Below, piece after piece: positions 39,035 to 53,069 of a stretch of 64,000 nucleotides of DNA. Made by a program: the position numbers and the translations under genes. The stretch lies in NCBI GenBank assembly GCA_002633005.1, contig NMRA01000162.1:300440-364439 (forward strand), read 5' to 3'. This DNA is from Phoronis australis (Eukaryota; Animalia; Phoronida). Every line of letters starts with the position of its first letter. Positions within the stretch are counted from its first letter, which is position 1. Under the pieces are notes generated by a model that saw nothing but the letters and a program-made list of their open reading frames with translations, was not told where the DNA came from and searched no databases.

Positions 39035-40072
39035 AGGCGAAGGCAACCTTTTTCCATGTCATTTTGAGCTAAAATAAGGTTGTTTGGTTATCCTAGACAT
39101 ATTTTTCACTTAATTACAGCTTTTCGTAATTTTATTAATTATTCGTCCGCTTTTCCGGAAGTGACGTTTTAGGAGGCAAGCGCTTCCCGCCAATTTCTTT
39201 TCACATAGTCTGACTGGGAGAGCTGCCGAGTCAGTCATTGTTCTACCTCGGTTGTGTTAAGTTCCNNNNNNNNNNNNNNNNNNNNNNNNNNNNNNNNNNN
39301 NNNNNNNNNNNNNNNNNNNNNNNNNNNNNNNNNNNNNNNNNNNNNNNNNNNNNNNNNNNNNNNNNNNNNNNNNNNNNNNNNNNNNNNNNNNNNNNNNNNN
39401 NNNNNNNNNNNNNNNNNNNNNNNNNNNNNNNNNNNNNNNNNNNNNNNNNNNNNNNNNNNNNNNNNNNNNNNNNNNNNNNNNNNNNNNNNNNNNNNNNNNN
39501 NNNNNNNNNNNNNNNNNNNNNNNNNNNNNNNNNNNNNNNNNNNNNNNNNNNNNNNNNNNNNNNNNNNNNNNNNNNNNNNNNNNNNNNNNNNNNNNNNNNN
39601 NNNNNNNNNGTACTCGGGCTCAAACATGTACCCACCCACTGAATGTCCGTGAAAAAATTCCTCGTCACCACTGCTGTGAACAAGGTCTCCGTCACTCACA
39701 CTACTGTCACTGTGATACGGGTCACCGACTCCAGCCATTTTCAGCTTACAACACACTAAACAATCCCTAAATCCAACGCAGTTGAGTTCTCTACTAACCT
39801 ATCTTGCCGCAGAATACTCGCCGATGGAAAGTGGTGGCGACAATTGGTGAAAAATAGCACAAAACAAAAGTAGAATAGAACAGATTCGCACAGTAATCTC
39901 AATGCAAAACCAAGTGGCGGGAAGCGCTTGCCTCCTAAAACGTCACTTCCGGAAAAGCGGACGAGTAATTAATAAAATTACGAAAAGCTGTAATTAAGTG
40001 AAAAATATGTCTACGATAACCAACCAACCTTATTTTAGCTCAAAATGACATGGAAAAAGGTTGCCTTCGCCT
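39035..40072. mobile_element. Kolobok-type DNA transposon, copy 1 (interior in assembly gap 39266-39609)
   Basis: TTAA TSDs at 39031-34 and 40073-76, AGG...CCT ends, ~158-bp near-perfect TIRs; nearly identical to 54595-56285. Confidence 0.9.
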
Positions 40073-40559
40073 TTAACGAAATTTCAGGGTGGGTCAAAAG
40101 AAAGCGAGTTTGATTTGGAGCGCATCGATACTTCACTAACGGTAAGTACTTGTAAAAATCTGTAACAAATTTCGTTATTGCATAAAATCGGTCATTTGTT
40201 TTATGTTTCAATGTTATGAAGAATAATATAATGCACAACTCATGCATTTCACAATGAACGCTGACACATGGATAATTTAAATCGGCGGGTTTCATTATTT
40301 TCTATATGTAGTGTGCCATGCTTCTTTTTTTATACCTTTGTTCTACTGTCATCTGCATAGAAATTCATTTTGTAAACTTTTATAATCAAATCAGAATGAC
40401 TTATTTGTGATGCCTTCATTTTAGCTTGGTGTTCATATTTTCTGAGCCAAAATGGCCACATGATATTTAATATGTTTAATTTTTTCATTAATACAATTTT
40501 AGGAATCAGGAAAGGCTTATGTTGACGTGGCTTCTGTTGAAGTTGAAGACCTGCTGATT

Positions 40560-40800
40560 ATTAGTAAAGGCTGGGTATGGAAAAGTTCAAAACCAGCAAG
40601 AATTTACCCTTAACCGTTGAAACATTCCTTCTGGACAACTAAGTGAGGGGGCTAGAGAGACAAGCCGAAAAGTCTACTCCCAGAAGATGTGTCAAAGAAA
40701 ATTTATAACTTGAGGAATGAGTCGGGGAAAGCTAGATTACTGGCTTATACCACAACAGGTCCAAAGTAATTTGTTGAGATAGGCCACTCTCAGAAAATGT
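40560..40800 (+). mobile_element. Transposase C-terminal remnant similar to the Sola3-like ORF end at 28050-28310
   Basis: Frameshifted GWVWKSSK..FTLTVETFLL..EG..PEDVSKKIYNLRNESG..LIPQQVQS parallels G*ALKK..RFSAKVKNFL..EG..LSESQIGG. Confidence 0.4.
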
Positions 40801-43800
40801 GGGGAACTGGATTATTGTTGGATGTAGGAGATATGACAGAGGAAGTGAAGTATGTACTGGAAAGAGACAATCTACTCTTTAAGATCGTCAAGGATGTAGC
40901 ATTGTAAAAATTCAAAAAGAGGAAACAGTACTGTGGCTGGACCTGTAAATACTCTGGCTGATCTGCTAAATCCAGCGGTGGCATTATTATAACAGCATAG
41001 CTTTGTAGGGAAGTTGGCTTGTGTGTTGCAAGCTTTGTTCGCGTCACAACTGCTGTACAAACAGCACAATTCTAAATTTACCTGGATTGAATTTTTTCCA
41101 GACACCGATCATGCTCCTGGGCCTGTGGATTAAGTTGGTACAGCCACACAGTAATGGTACATTGTTCTTTTTGTTTAGCTACTGGATTTGTGTTCTGACA
41201 GGGTTTCTCAGTGTGACCATTACATTTAGACTTTTGTTTCTGGATTTCTGACCACTGTGCTGTTTCTTTTCCTTGAAATTGTGTAATTGATCTGAATTTA
41301 TGTCTCCGCATTTTATTTACCATTATGTATTTTTGTTTGTAAATTAGCATTTATTACTGACATTTGAGCCCCTGTTGCAGTTACGCTGGTTTTGTTCACT
41401 TATCTTTCTGCCTGGGTTGAAACTCACATTCCGTCCAGGAGGTAGTTTTGATTTAGACCATTTACCTCTATAAACTTTTCTCAATTTTTTTCCTAATCCA
41501 GATGGGAAGTGATTTTTGGAATTGCAGCAAATTGACAGTTTGCTATTCCTTGAGACCATGCTGTGTGCATAAAATCACACACTATTAGACAAGTCATCTT
41601 ATTGAGAAGTCCATTTCAAATGATTTTTTGTTGCAGTACTGAAAAGTGTTGGCACATTAGCTCGGGTGACTCCTTGGTGTTTGGTGAATTGACCATTTTA
41701 TGGTTCCCTTGAGTAATTTCGTAACTGGTCTAACATGTATGTACATGTACAACTGTAATCGCCCGGTAATTGTTATGCAAACCATTTTGCAAAAGTATTT
41801 CTTCCATGACAATTTCATTGCAAAAAGGCTGTCTAATTGGAACCGGCAAGCCAATTTTTCATTTTGTGATGGTTATATGTTGATAAGAACATTGATGCTG
41901 TACATAATTCCCCGTACAAACAGCCAACTCAAGTTTGTGAAGAAAAAGAAATTTACTGTGTTGCCAACTACATTGCGGAATCCCTTTTTCACAGTGAGAC
42001 TACATCACCTTAAGTGTAATTCCCTGACTTTATGGGTTTTGCGTGGTTAACTCTGTCCTGTATCAATTGGAGTGTTGAAAAGGTCTAGAAGGCATTTGTT
42101 TTGAGACATAACATTTGCACTCTTGCCTGTACAGTTATCTTTGTATCGTATTATGAAAACATATTTTGAAGTATACTAGTCTCTAGTTGGTGTTTTTAAA
42201 TTTTTTTGACAAGGAATATTTTCAACTTAGTTGTGTTGTCTGCGAGATAGATAACTTTCAAATGAGATAAGGAATAAAATTGTCAAACATTGTATTGTTT
42301 TTAGGAGTGTGATTTTCCAGTACGTGATTGCTTTTGAAAAACCGGTGCAGAATTTGATCTTTACTCTTCATTTAAAGGAGAATAAATCCATAAACATTGT
42401 CTAGAACTTTTACTCAAACTGCATATTTATGGTTGGGGATTGGAATCTTAATACGACGGAATCTGAACCCATACCATGAGCAATACAACACAATACATGG
42501 ATATAAAAATTTGTTGTTGAGGTTCCACGGGAAGGATTCGTGTGCACGGTAAGAGCTACTGAGGTGCGTGATAAGTGTTTGTGGATACTTTGGGATTCCT
42601 CTTCTGTGGTCATCCACCGGAAACCTGGTCACATAAAGAACAATAGATTAGCATCTTCATTGTTCGCGTTGTTATAATAAAGATACTGACAATCATTTAT
42701 TGGCAAAGGTCTGATGTACACCCAGTGTTCTATATCCATGTGACCTGTGTTGTTATATCCAACAATTACATAACAACGGAAATCAATGATACGATCGATG
42801 GGCGACATACATGCAACGAGTTGCCATGGACAGTGGTGGAGTTTGTCTTGTCGTTCGAGTTTTCAGAAAACTGCAAACACGGTATTTCGTGAGGAAAACA
42901 AAAGACTTCTGCGGCCTTTTGTTTTAAGTGGTACAAAAAATTGTGGTCATGCCACTAAACTTATCAGTCATTTGATATTACAATGCATTGCATATACATT
43001 TAATCAACAGAAAATCTGATTTGAATATGTGTGAAGAAATGCCCATATGGAAATTACAAGGCATAACAACTAATATCAAAATAACCTGCATTTGTGGAGT
43101 TCATGTCTAACCCTGTTCACTTAATGGGAGGACATAATCGATCTTTATAAAATGGAGTTATGTATTGTATCTGAGTGTACTATACATGTAGTCCTATGTG
43201 GTAAGTAATAAAACATTCAAAACATTCAGGAGAAAACTCATTGCAAAATATCACAAAACATTAAAGACAATGTGATTCTACGTGCTGACGCAACCATCTC
43301 AGATATTTGAAAAGTTCTCATTTTAGTGCATTTGAGATGCTAAAATGTACAGCTGGCTGACCACGTTTTTATTTACAATGAAAGTAACATGTTTTGTCAA
43401 CACTTTGGCCAAGTTTCATTCTGATAGCAGTGGGGGCAGATTTGGTATAGCAGCTGTATTAAACACAACCTCAAAATGGCATAACGGGGGTATTGTAGTA
43501 AAAGTACAAAATGAGGGTGGTAAATATGTATCTTCTTTCAAAACATCAATGTAACAAGCTACTGGCATCACTAAACACTGCTATGTGAATAATAGTTCAA
43601 TAGCTTTCATTCAACGAAAAATATAAACAGTTAAATTTGGACAGTTTTTACAGAAAACATGGCTGAGAAGCCGTAAAATGTGTGAGCCTATAACGTTGGT
43701 AGAACGTAATAGTTTGGGGGAATATTTTACCACTGTTTATAGATCTCATAGGAATACCTATGTATCAAATTTGGTGAAAATCGGCTGACCCCCATCTTGC

Positions 43801-45274
43801 CGCTGTATGGCTGGTGCTCTCGTGGTCTAGTACTTAAAATCCAAGAATCTATACCAAAGGGTTAGGATTATGGAATTAAACATGCGTGGAAGAAATCAGG
43901 AAACGCATCATCCATTGCCATTGGGAAACAATGGCATGTGCGCAGCAGGTTCAAGAGTGAGCGAAACGTATAGGGGAGACGAGCTAAAGCCTAAGACAAC
44001 AATGGCCGTGGCAAAGCAAACTGAATTCGGTTATGGTCCAATAAAATTGCAAAACCCTTTTTTCAAGGGGCGTCAGCATCAAAACATGATGCAGCGCTCT
44101 GACAACCGAGAACGTAACAGCAGACGAGTAGATTCAGAACTTGAAAATCACGCATGCGCAGTGTACACAATAGTGCCCTGGCAAATTCATAAAGATTCAA
44201 GTTCACCCAAAAACAATGAAGAGCATTTTTTTTAAAAACAGTAATCAAGGAGGCAATTATGAGACGTGAAGTTTTCGGGCGACACTCGTCAAAAGTTTTA
44301 CGGTTCCATTTTAAAGTCCTCAAAGTATTGACAGTGATAAGCAAGATTAAGATTTTTTTAATTTAAAACACAATGTTTAAAAACGATAAGGTACCACTTG
44401 AATGCACCAGAAATTACGTCCACACGCCTAATCAGTTTGCAGGTTGCTGGATAATAAAGTTGCGTAATTTATGCAATTAATGACCACCATCATTGGAAAT
44501 TTGCATGATTCATGTTTTTGGTTACGTGAGTCTATAGTTTATTACACAAATTAAAATACAGGTAATCTTACGGCATACATCTGTAAAGGAAACGAAAACA
44601 CAAGAAAGTTTAAAGAACTATAAAACCAATAAATATTGGTAAAAATTCACTGTACATGGAAAATCGCACTATTGAATCGAAGCTTATTTCATTTATATTA
44701 CATTGTGGTCATGCCATTCGAATGAAAAAATCCAGAGCAAAGACACCGAATTATTGTGTAGAAAGTAATATTAGATACTTTATATGAAGTTACATTGTGT
44801 TGCATTGTAAATTGTTATGGCATCGATATCAGAAAGTGAGACTTCTTGAAATTTAGTGTCGCAGCTACCGCTTTCACGGAAAAAAACAGATAGAATAAAC
44901 GGAATTTGCTGAAATGACCACTGGAAAATGCGGAATCCACCACAATCCACGAAAATTGCCTTTCTTGGAAATAGTAATCTCCGGTGCCTGGAAAAGGGGC
45001 TCGGACATCGTCTAGGGAGCATTTTTGGTGGACGTGTGGATTTTAGGGTGCAAATCAAGAGACTTGTTACACGCCGAGTTTGGTGTCTGTTGAACCACGA
45101 CTAGAGTTTTGGGGGTTGTGTATTGTAACTGGAATACGGGGTGCGATCATGGAATTATTTCTACCATTTGACATCATGCTATTAAAAAGATACCGAACCG
45201 GTTTTAGCCTATTACTAGTAACATAAACCTGTAGTAAAGAGGACTTTTCCATCCAATTCTGTGAAACAAATTAA

Positions 45275-47309
45275 GAGGCAGGCCATATAAAAATCCGTCT
45301 TTACTTCAAAATTCAAAGCAACTTCAATTTTTGTACATGTATAGGTATCCTAATAAAAATCTAAATGCCACATTTTGTGCACTCAGTAAACCTTAATTTC
45401 GCGGCTGGAGCATTAGACCGCAATTGGTCATATTAGCCGTCTCGAGAATTGTATGATTTCAGCAACGAAAATAAGTAACTTATGAACTAGACCAAAAGGT
45501 ATACTTTGGTGGCTAGAATAACCAATGTATACTGTTAATATTATTTGGCATCAATTGAAATTTGACAGATTTGTGCTAGACAGGAGAGATAATTCACAGT
45601 GAGACTACTTTTCCTACCTAATTTTAATGGCTGTTTTTGTGACGCTCTCAATTGCCACCATATTGCACCTTGAAGCTTTATGTAACATTTTGACCATACA
45701 GATACAGAGTTAATCTTGCTGACTGAGCAAAAATTATCTTGCTTCAACTTTACGTTTTTAGTGAAAACTGTCTTGCAAAAATGATGAGCAGAGTTTACAG
45801 ACGATTTGAAGGAAAATTTGAACAAGAATTCTGCATTGAATTGTTAAAGTCTGAGCTCTTTCAAATGAAAACAAGTAGTTTTCTGGTTGTATCGCGGTCA
45901 GTATCAAAAGTGAACCCGATGACCTCTGCTCAGTGAGTTAGTTGACATTAGGCTTGAATATATAAAAAAATTGTATACGTACATGTAACTCTTCTTCTCT
46001 CCCATTAACAGGTTAATTTAAGCACTCTTTAGAGTTTTTAAATGGAAATAGATCAGAATGGTGAACGAAAGTCCTTCCTGTTCGTTTAGAGAGTTTTCTA
46101 CAAAAAGTACAACCACGCAGAAGCTTTGTGGCTTTAGTCAGTTATGTTACAGACACTTCAGAACATCTGAGATGCTGTAATGTACCTCATAAATCAAGGT
46201 CACTGCCAGAGGATGAGCTCCTACTAACCAGAGTAAGTAAATTTGTGACTGAGCAGGACCAGTCATGGAGTCAAATCACATGAGATGTTCACCGAAGGCA
46301 ATTTAGTGCCGGTTTTCACCCCACCCCGGTCGGTAGCTGTGTAACCCCCAGTTCAGTAACAGATGCCTGGTGCCCCTCTTGGACAACACCTGTTTGGCGT
46401 CTTCTTTAGGAGACGCTCGGGGGCACCTGACCCTCTTTGCTACCTCACAGAGGCAGTCACCATGTTTGAAATCCATACCGTTTCTTGTGTTGAAGTTTGT
46501 TGAACTAATGTCTGTCTTCCATGAATTGTTTTCTATTGACCTTGAATTGTCGCACTGTCAGAAATATTCGATGTTGGTGTGATCGGCAGAGACTAAAATT
46601 TGTAACAACCTTCGGGCACATTACAATATGAACACGATGAATGCAAAACTACAACGAGTTTTGACCAAGTTGACGATTTTTTTGCACTGAATTAAGGGCC
46701 ATAGCCAGACATTTTTTGTAAAAAGCAATAATCATCAATGTGGTTGTCAGGGAATGGTAATTAGTAATGATGTCAGCCTTTTCTCTAAGATAAAAGCTGT
46801 TTACGTCTCGTATTTGCAAGCTAATTACATGTTCCAAGAGTCTCCTATTGGTGGTTGAAACAACTGAGAACAGCAAAAACTGCGGGAGAGGCAATGCTTT
46901 TTATTTTAGATTATGATCAGGTTAGGGATGACTGAACAGTTAATTATGAAGTCAGTTCTTGGAAAAGTGCAATATGGCTGCTACAGAGTGCCAAAGCTGG
47001 CCGAAAATGACTTCAGTGACAACCTTCAAAATAGCCGTTTTTGCCACACAAAATCAAAGCATACAGATTTGGACCTTTCAAACGGTATCTCTCATTGTGT
47101 TATCAGCTTACTATACATGCTAGTACAGTGCATTCAAATATGTCCACTTCGGCGCCCAATTTTGTTGCAAAAGGGAGGTACAGGTCATAAAAAGAGAAAT
47201 GATGGGTGAAAAATCTTAAAAAGTGAGATTTTTTGTACATTCTCACCAAAACAAACTCATGTGCCTTGGGGTACAGACTCTACTTGCTGGTTTTTGGGAA
47301 GAGTCACTC
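45275..47309 (+). mobile_element. Non-autonomous relative of the Sola3-like element, opposite orientation
   Basis: TTAA-GAG left end with ccatataaaaa; right end ...gagtcactc; both arms align inverted with the ends of 26681-30190 (e.g. 46900-47309 vs 26681-27150). Confidence 0.75.
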
Positions 47310-47399
47310 GATGCTTTGTAACCCTCAACAACCCTCATGAATCCGGAACCAAATTTGAAAACGTCTCTCAAAGTCTGCTAAAAGGGCAAGCGTGGCGAG

Positions 47400-48480
47400 A
47401 TACACGTCATATGTAAAAGTAAAAGACCCCCACCATGGAACCATAATATTCAACCTGTGACTTGGGGAGCAGGATTGTTTAGTTCAATCCTGCTTTTGTC
47501 CGACTCACGTGGGACTTCAATGATGTATAAACAGATGTCAGAACGAGGGCTGGGTGAATGACAAGTGGTACAAGAAGACTGTCTTCAGTGCGTGGAATGG
47601 ACACCCCAGTGTGCCTATCTGCGAAGAGGACTGACATTATACCACTTTCATTACTCGGTCCTTCGGGTCGCTACAGATATTGCGCAACCCCACGAGGCGA
47701 CATCGCCTCCGCCAACGATTCGATGAAACTGCAGCGGACATTCCAAACCACCCAAAACGTGACGTCTTATTTATGGGCAACTGACTTAGAAAGCAACTTT
47801 CATCAGACATGCGCATGGTTGGACTTCTGAGGTCAAAACGGAATTGTCCTCAATCCTCAGAATTTCACATTCGGTCAAGACATTGCCTTCCAGTCGAGTT
47901 TGCCCGGCTCGAAATCACCAGTGACAGTGTTCGTCCATCAAGACAGTACTTGAACAGCATAGAAACATACTTGAGTTACCCACATCTGAAAACATCACCG
48001 ACATGCGCTCCTCAACCTCCTGAACCAAGTAGGCTAACATATGCGTTCAGCATGGCCGACGAGACATTGGCGTTTCGACAGCTTTTGAAGAAACGGGTCC
48101 GGCGTATTATTCTGGAGCAAACAGTTAGAGCAACTCTTTGTTAAATCCAAGCGAGTCACTTTGTCAGATAAAGGAAGGTGTACGTCTGTTTGATAAGATT
48201 AGGCCAACTTGCCTGGCAACCGATTGGTCCATTAAGACAGGCCGGGAATAGGCAGACAACGCCATCTTGTTGTTCATCCAGTTGGAAGGTGATCCTCGTC
48301 GGCAGTAGGTTCACTCATTCTGCCGAAACCTGACATACTGAGTCGAGATTGGTGTGAAAACAGTCGAGCAACTCGATCATTATGGACAACGCTGGACTCA
48401 TGCAAAATCCACGATACCAGGACTTGCGACGGACGCCGACATATGAAGACTTCAGAGAAGCTTTATTTCAGAGAATCTTG
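47400..48480 (+). mobile_element. Decayed LINE reverse-transcriptase 3' region
   Basis: Fragmentary LGP..., DIASANDSMKLQ, ..WA, ETYL, VRRIILE in the order expected for the C-terminal half of a CR1/L2-like RT. Confidence 0.45.
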
Positions 48481-48570
48481 ATAGAAGTGAAGCAATTCGA
48501 TCAGTACAGCGAGTTCATGGTTCTGGCCGTCGGCCGATCTCTGCAATCATCATGATCATTACGGCGTTGG

Positions 48571-48944
48571 CCCGTTGCTCCCAACTTGTTCGATAGCCCA
48601 CAACAAGTTGGGAAGAAGACCCCTGCAGCTAATATCTTACACGACTGGTTAACCCCATTCTGACATTATGGTTGGAGTGCCTGTTCTACACTTTGTTCGA
48701 TAATTACTCTAATATCCAGTATATGATCATGTCTAGCCTGACTGGGCTGTGCTGCTAAAACTAAAAGTTAAGTTATGATATATTTGAACATAAACCAATA
48801 TCATTTCTGAAATCCTCGTCAAATGGTGACCATGTTAAGTTTTTGAACTGCCAAAATCGCCCAACTACAATCGAAGTTACGACAATCTATTCTTTCCGAT
48901 TGTACCAATTCTCTCTGGGATTGACTGTGTTCACACGTAGTCTG
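48571..48944. repeat. Interspersed repeat with terminal hairpin (inverted copy of 21035-21359)
   Basis: Aligns as reverse complement to the copy in the pacifastin-gene intron. Confidence 0.75.
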
Positions 48945-49847
48945 GTAGATAATAGTCCTTTTGCGAATTTATAACAATAACGCGAGATTATGTGGGACTT
49001 AACTGTGACGTCACGGGAAGTGGGCAAAAGCTTGTTGTTTGACCATTTGCCCAATACAGTAGCAGAGTGTATTCTGTTGTTTACTTCGAGTTTTTGATCT
49101 TTTAGTGTGAAAAAAGCCAAGCAAGCATTGCTGTTGTGGCAAATGAAATTCAGATTCGCACTACAATTGCGTTCTGTACTAATTTCACCCTGGAAATTTT
49201 AAACGGGTGGTAGGCGAAATCCCCTCACTAGTAAGTTTTCACCTCGTCAAAAATACGTTCTACACCTAAAATTATCACCTAAAAGGGCGCTTACTTTCTT
49301 CAGTGACCCTTTCTGTTTCTAAACAAGTCTTCCATGAAGTATAGGTACGGGAATTCAGGTGGCTTTGGCGAAGAATTCCAATTCCACTTTTTGGTTACTG
49401 TTAACTTTGACCGTGCACGCGATAATCAAAAAGTACTTTAACTGAGTCAGGTGAGTATGAGGCAAAGGCTAGCGCGAGACTGAGCGAAGCGCGTGACCTG
49501 CAGTGGCGCGCGACACTTGCATAATAGCATGGGAAAATATCAAGTGAAATTTTAAGATTTGTGTCCCTAGGACTTTTTGTTCGTTAACAGGTGTGATTTG
49601 ACATAACTTACTCAAAATGGCGTTTGGTGAGAGAAACTCGAGCGAACCGCGAGGTTTTCATGGATATGTTCAAGTTATTTGTAGACTAAATTGTATCCAG
49701 AGTCAGGTTGTGTGCTAATTATATCTCCATGAGCACATATGCATGATTCAATTGATATTATTTGCTGTTTTTTGAAATGAGTAACTTTTTATGGGGATAG
49801 GGCCTAGTACTATCGCCCCTCATGCCTGCGGTATTCAGGCCCGTAGA

Positions 49848-50106
49848 CCATAACGCTAAACCCTCGTGAGAGACCGCCCCGAGTTGGCTGCTGGGGCAAC
49901 TCGGGGCGGTCTGGGATCAAGCGGAAAAACCACAGGGTAAATCTGTGGTCGACGAATCTATTCGGTCGATTACATTTTATTGCCCGTGAAGCCGCTAAGG
50001 GCTGCCTGAAGAAATATGACTCGCGCGTNAGCCTTTTCAAATTAGCCGGTGGAGCGTGAGACCCCTGAGGTCCCAATCGAGTCCTCACGACAACTTCGCG
50101 TTATGG
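49848..50106. repeat. Hairpin-rich MITE-like or structured repeat
   Basis: Inverted ends ccataacgc..tcgtgag / ctcacga..gcgttatgg; perfect 16-bp stem 49871-49886/49897-49912; further small hairpins. Confidence 0.75.
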
Positions 50107-51632
50107 ACCGGGTCAAATTCCAATTTCAGTCGGTTCACAGTGTCGCACAACATAACAAGTTCACATTGGGGTCCATTCACAGTTATTTCACGAGCTATCT
50201 ACCATCCCTTAAATCGTGTTAAAGTTTTGTAAAATTCACCATAAGAACTCCAGTAGGCCTAAGATTTCGCGTGTGAAAAGCAAAGACTCGGGGCAAAACA
50301 AAAACATTATGGCGGGGTTTTCCCCCCTTTCGGTGAGGTCACATTGACTAACTGGAAACTCGCAAGTGAGCTATTGGCCTGCCTGTTGTCATACCAGACA
50401 ACAGACTGCTTGGCAGTTAACAAAGAAGCTACTGATGTTCATGCTCACAACCCTCTACGCGCGCCTGGTAGAAGTCGCTGAACGGAAAACGCCGTCATAG
50501 AGACGATTTTTCAGTTCCCAGAAGACCGGCCACAGGACGCTAGTAACCCGCCTCCCGCCTTATATTACCTCATGAGACATTATTATTAGTTATTGCGTCC
50601 CTAAATCAACTTGGGGGATGGGGTAGAGAATCACATTATAGTTCATATTAAAACCGCTAGGTATCGCTGAAGTCTCCACCGTAGTGTCTACACAACTGCA
50701 CGTCATTTACATAGAGGTAAGAATTGTCGCCTTTTACACAGTTATTCATTTTAGATCTTATTTATCTTTAAGCCATTCAATAAGCGTGTTCTTCATCTGT
50801 ACTTTCAGAACTCCATCATTCATTCAATAAAGACTTGAAATGAAATGACCGTTCGTTTCAGCTAGTATCCGGGTGTATAGTTGTGCTGCGCGTTTTGTTG
50901 ATCTGCGCTATATGTTCATAAATTTTATAAGCGGGTACGTCACTTGAGATGAGAATTATTTTGTTTATGACTCACAGTGTTTATTAGTGTGAGTCCGAAG
51001 CGATTTCAGAGTTCAAGCTCTTTTCGGATTTCTCACTAATAATCATCCCGGTGGGCATGCAGGTTGGGCAGCAATCTCCGCAGAGTTTAAGTTGAAGCGT
51101 CAACCACCGGTTGCCAATCGAAGTACTGAATATCACGAGACTGATTTTATTAGGCTAAAAGGCGTGTATCTCGAATTTCGTTATTTTGCCACTCAAACAG
51201 GGTGAAATGCAGCTTCAAAAATGTAATATTTGTTTGCAAAATAATAAACAACGACCGTTTTAAATCAATATTGAACCCATCAAAACAATAACTCATTGAT
51301 CCCGGACGTTGACCGTATCGTCTCACCTTCTCACTTTGACCTAGTTACAGTAGACTAACCACCAACAGATGTGACGGCATTTTCACGGAAGACGTCGTTC
51401 TAGTCGGTTGCCAAGTCATACACGCAGTGTTAATGTGTTGCAGGGACTAATCGACAATGCTATTTAAATATCATCTACACTAAATAAAGTGCAGTCGTAT
51501 TCAGGGACCAACTTGTAAAGGTGTAAAAAAATTCTGTAAATAGTTGGCGCACCTAATTGCGGGCTCACATAGCCCTCATCATGCATTCAATTATTCCCCA
51601 ACACCACGCCGCGATACGACTTACTGGATACG

Positions 51633-52262
51633 AATCAAGTTTGAATCTAATACTGGAATAAACTTACAAAAAATTAGCCACGTTGCGTCCGCATCTTACG
51701 GACTTCAGCTTGGCTTCGGTGACGTTTCTATCATCCACAAACCGTTAAATTCAGCCAACTGGTTAATGCCAAGGACAAGACCCCCAAGAGTAATAAATCA
51801 TGTGTTGTCTATGGTGTTCAATGTAATCATCCCCAGTGCTCAGACAGTTACATAAGTGACACGAAACAGTCCATAAAAATGGGTACCGGTATGTCACCAC
51901 GTCGTCCGGCTAGTTACGGGGACACTTATGATTCGGCTATTTTTAGCCAACTGTACGTGCTCCACTGGACATGATTTCAATACTGAAGACTTTAAGGAAG
52001 ACTGGTTCAGAAGAGGTGTAAAGGAAGCTCTCCATGAGCGCATAGAGAGCTCATCTTTAAATAAAAGAGGCTGTTTAAGATTCGATTTGTCATACGAATA
52101 GGATGGTGTTCTGACGTCAATGCCGCGCCGTCTGAAACGCCACCTATTGGCCAGAATAACGATAACGTTACAAGCCAAGCTGAAGTTTGTGAGATGCGGA
52201 CGCAACGTCGCTAATTTTTGTAAGTTTTTATATCACTATTAGACTCAAATTTAACTTGATCT
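51633..52262. mobile_element. MITE with ~100-bp inverted arms
   Basis: aaacttacaaaaaattagccacgttgcgtccgcatcttac...ttcagcttggctt (51660-51717) is the reverse complement of 52172-52227. Confidence 0.7.
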
Positions 52263-53069
52263 GTTTCCTCAAATGGATGTCTCAAAATTTTCATGCTTAC
52301 TGGATACGGTTGAGTAATTTACGGTAGAGGATTTTCGACACAATACTTGCTGTTAACACATTTGGCACTATATATTCACATTGTCGCTATATGTTGCGTT
52401 TTTAATTTGACCAACGCATTTAGCCATCAATTTCCGCTTTAAATCTAAACTGGGAGCAATGAATAGTCCTAAATCTTAAGTATTTTCAATGTCAGAGCAA
52501 CCCATGATTGTGTGTGTTGAATGTTAGTGAAAGAATTATTTTGTTTCCATGACAATTTTTAAAATATTTCAAAAAAAGTGTTAGCTCGACGAATCGGGAA
52601 ACATTGATCAAAAAATCATTTTTGTTTGATTCAAAGGGGCTCAGTTGAATAAATTCTGACTCGTTTGCGGCATGCGCTTTGTTGCATTTGTTGAATGTTT
52701 TCATGGTAACAACGATATTTTCGAAGAACTCTATCAATAGCCACGTTATCAAAATGTACTCAGTGGCAGATTTACACGGGGGTCCATGGGCCCTCCTAAA
52801 ATTTGCACAGATTCCATTTGGCAATTCGGATGTGCGAATGTCTGACGGGCAAAATCCTGGCTAATACTCTGCCCTGGCTCCCCCTTACTAAAACCCCTGG
52901 ATCTACCCCTGGTAATCTTAATTCTATGTGAATCAACTTCTACAGTCGTACACCAAGCACAACTAGGTATCCACATTTCACTAAATCGCCATTTTTCCAG
53001 TATCGTAACTCATTTGCTAGACAGATACCGCATCTACAAACATATCGTTGGTCAAATGAGTGAACGTTA

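Noticed and set aside
39235-39756. Long ORFs across N runs (also 30494-30799)
   Set aside because: Artefacts of assembly gaps; only the Kolobok accessory start is real sequence.
50006-50012. CTGAAGA as a hammerhead ribozyme core
   Set aside because: No stem II followed by GAAA and no cleavage-site helix could be built.
49440-50722. Non-coding first exons of the MCT gene (donors near 49451 and 50717)
   Set aside because: Good donor motifs and some CpG, but nothing in the sequence links them to the acceptor at 58697.
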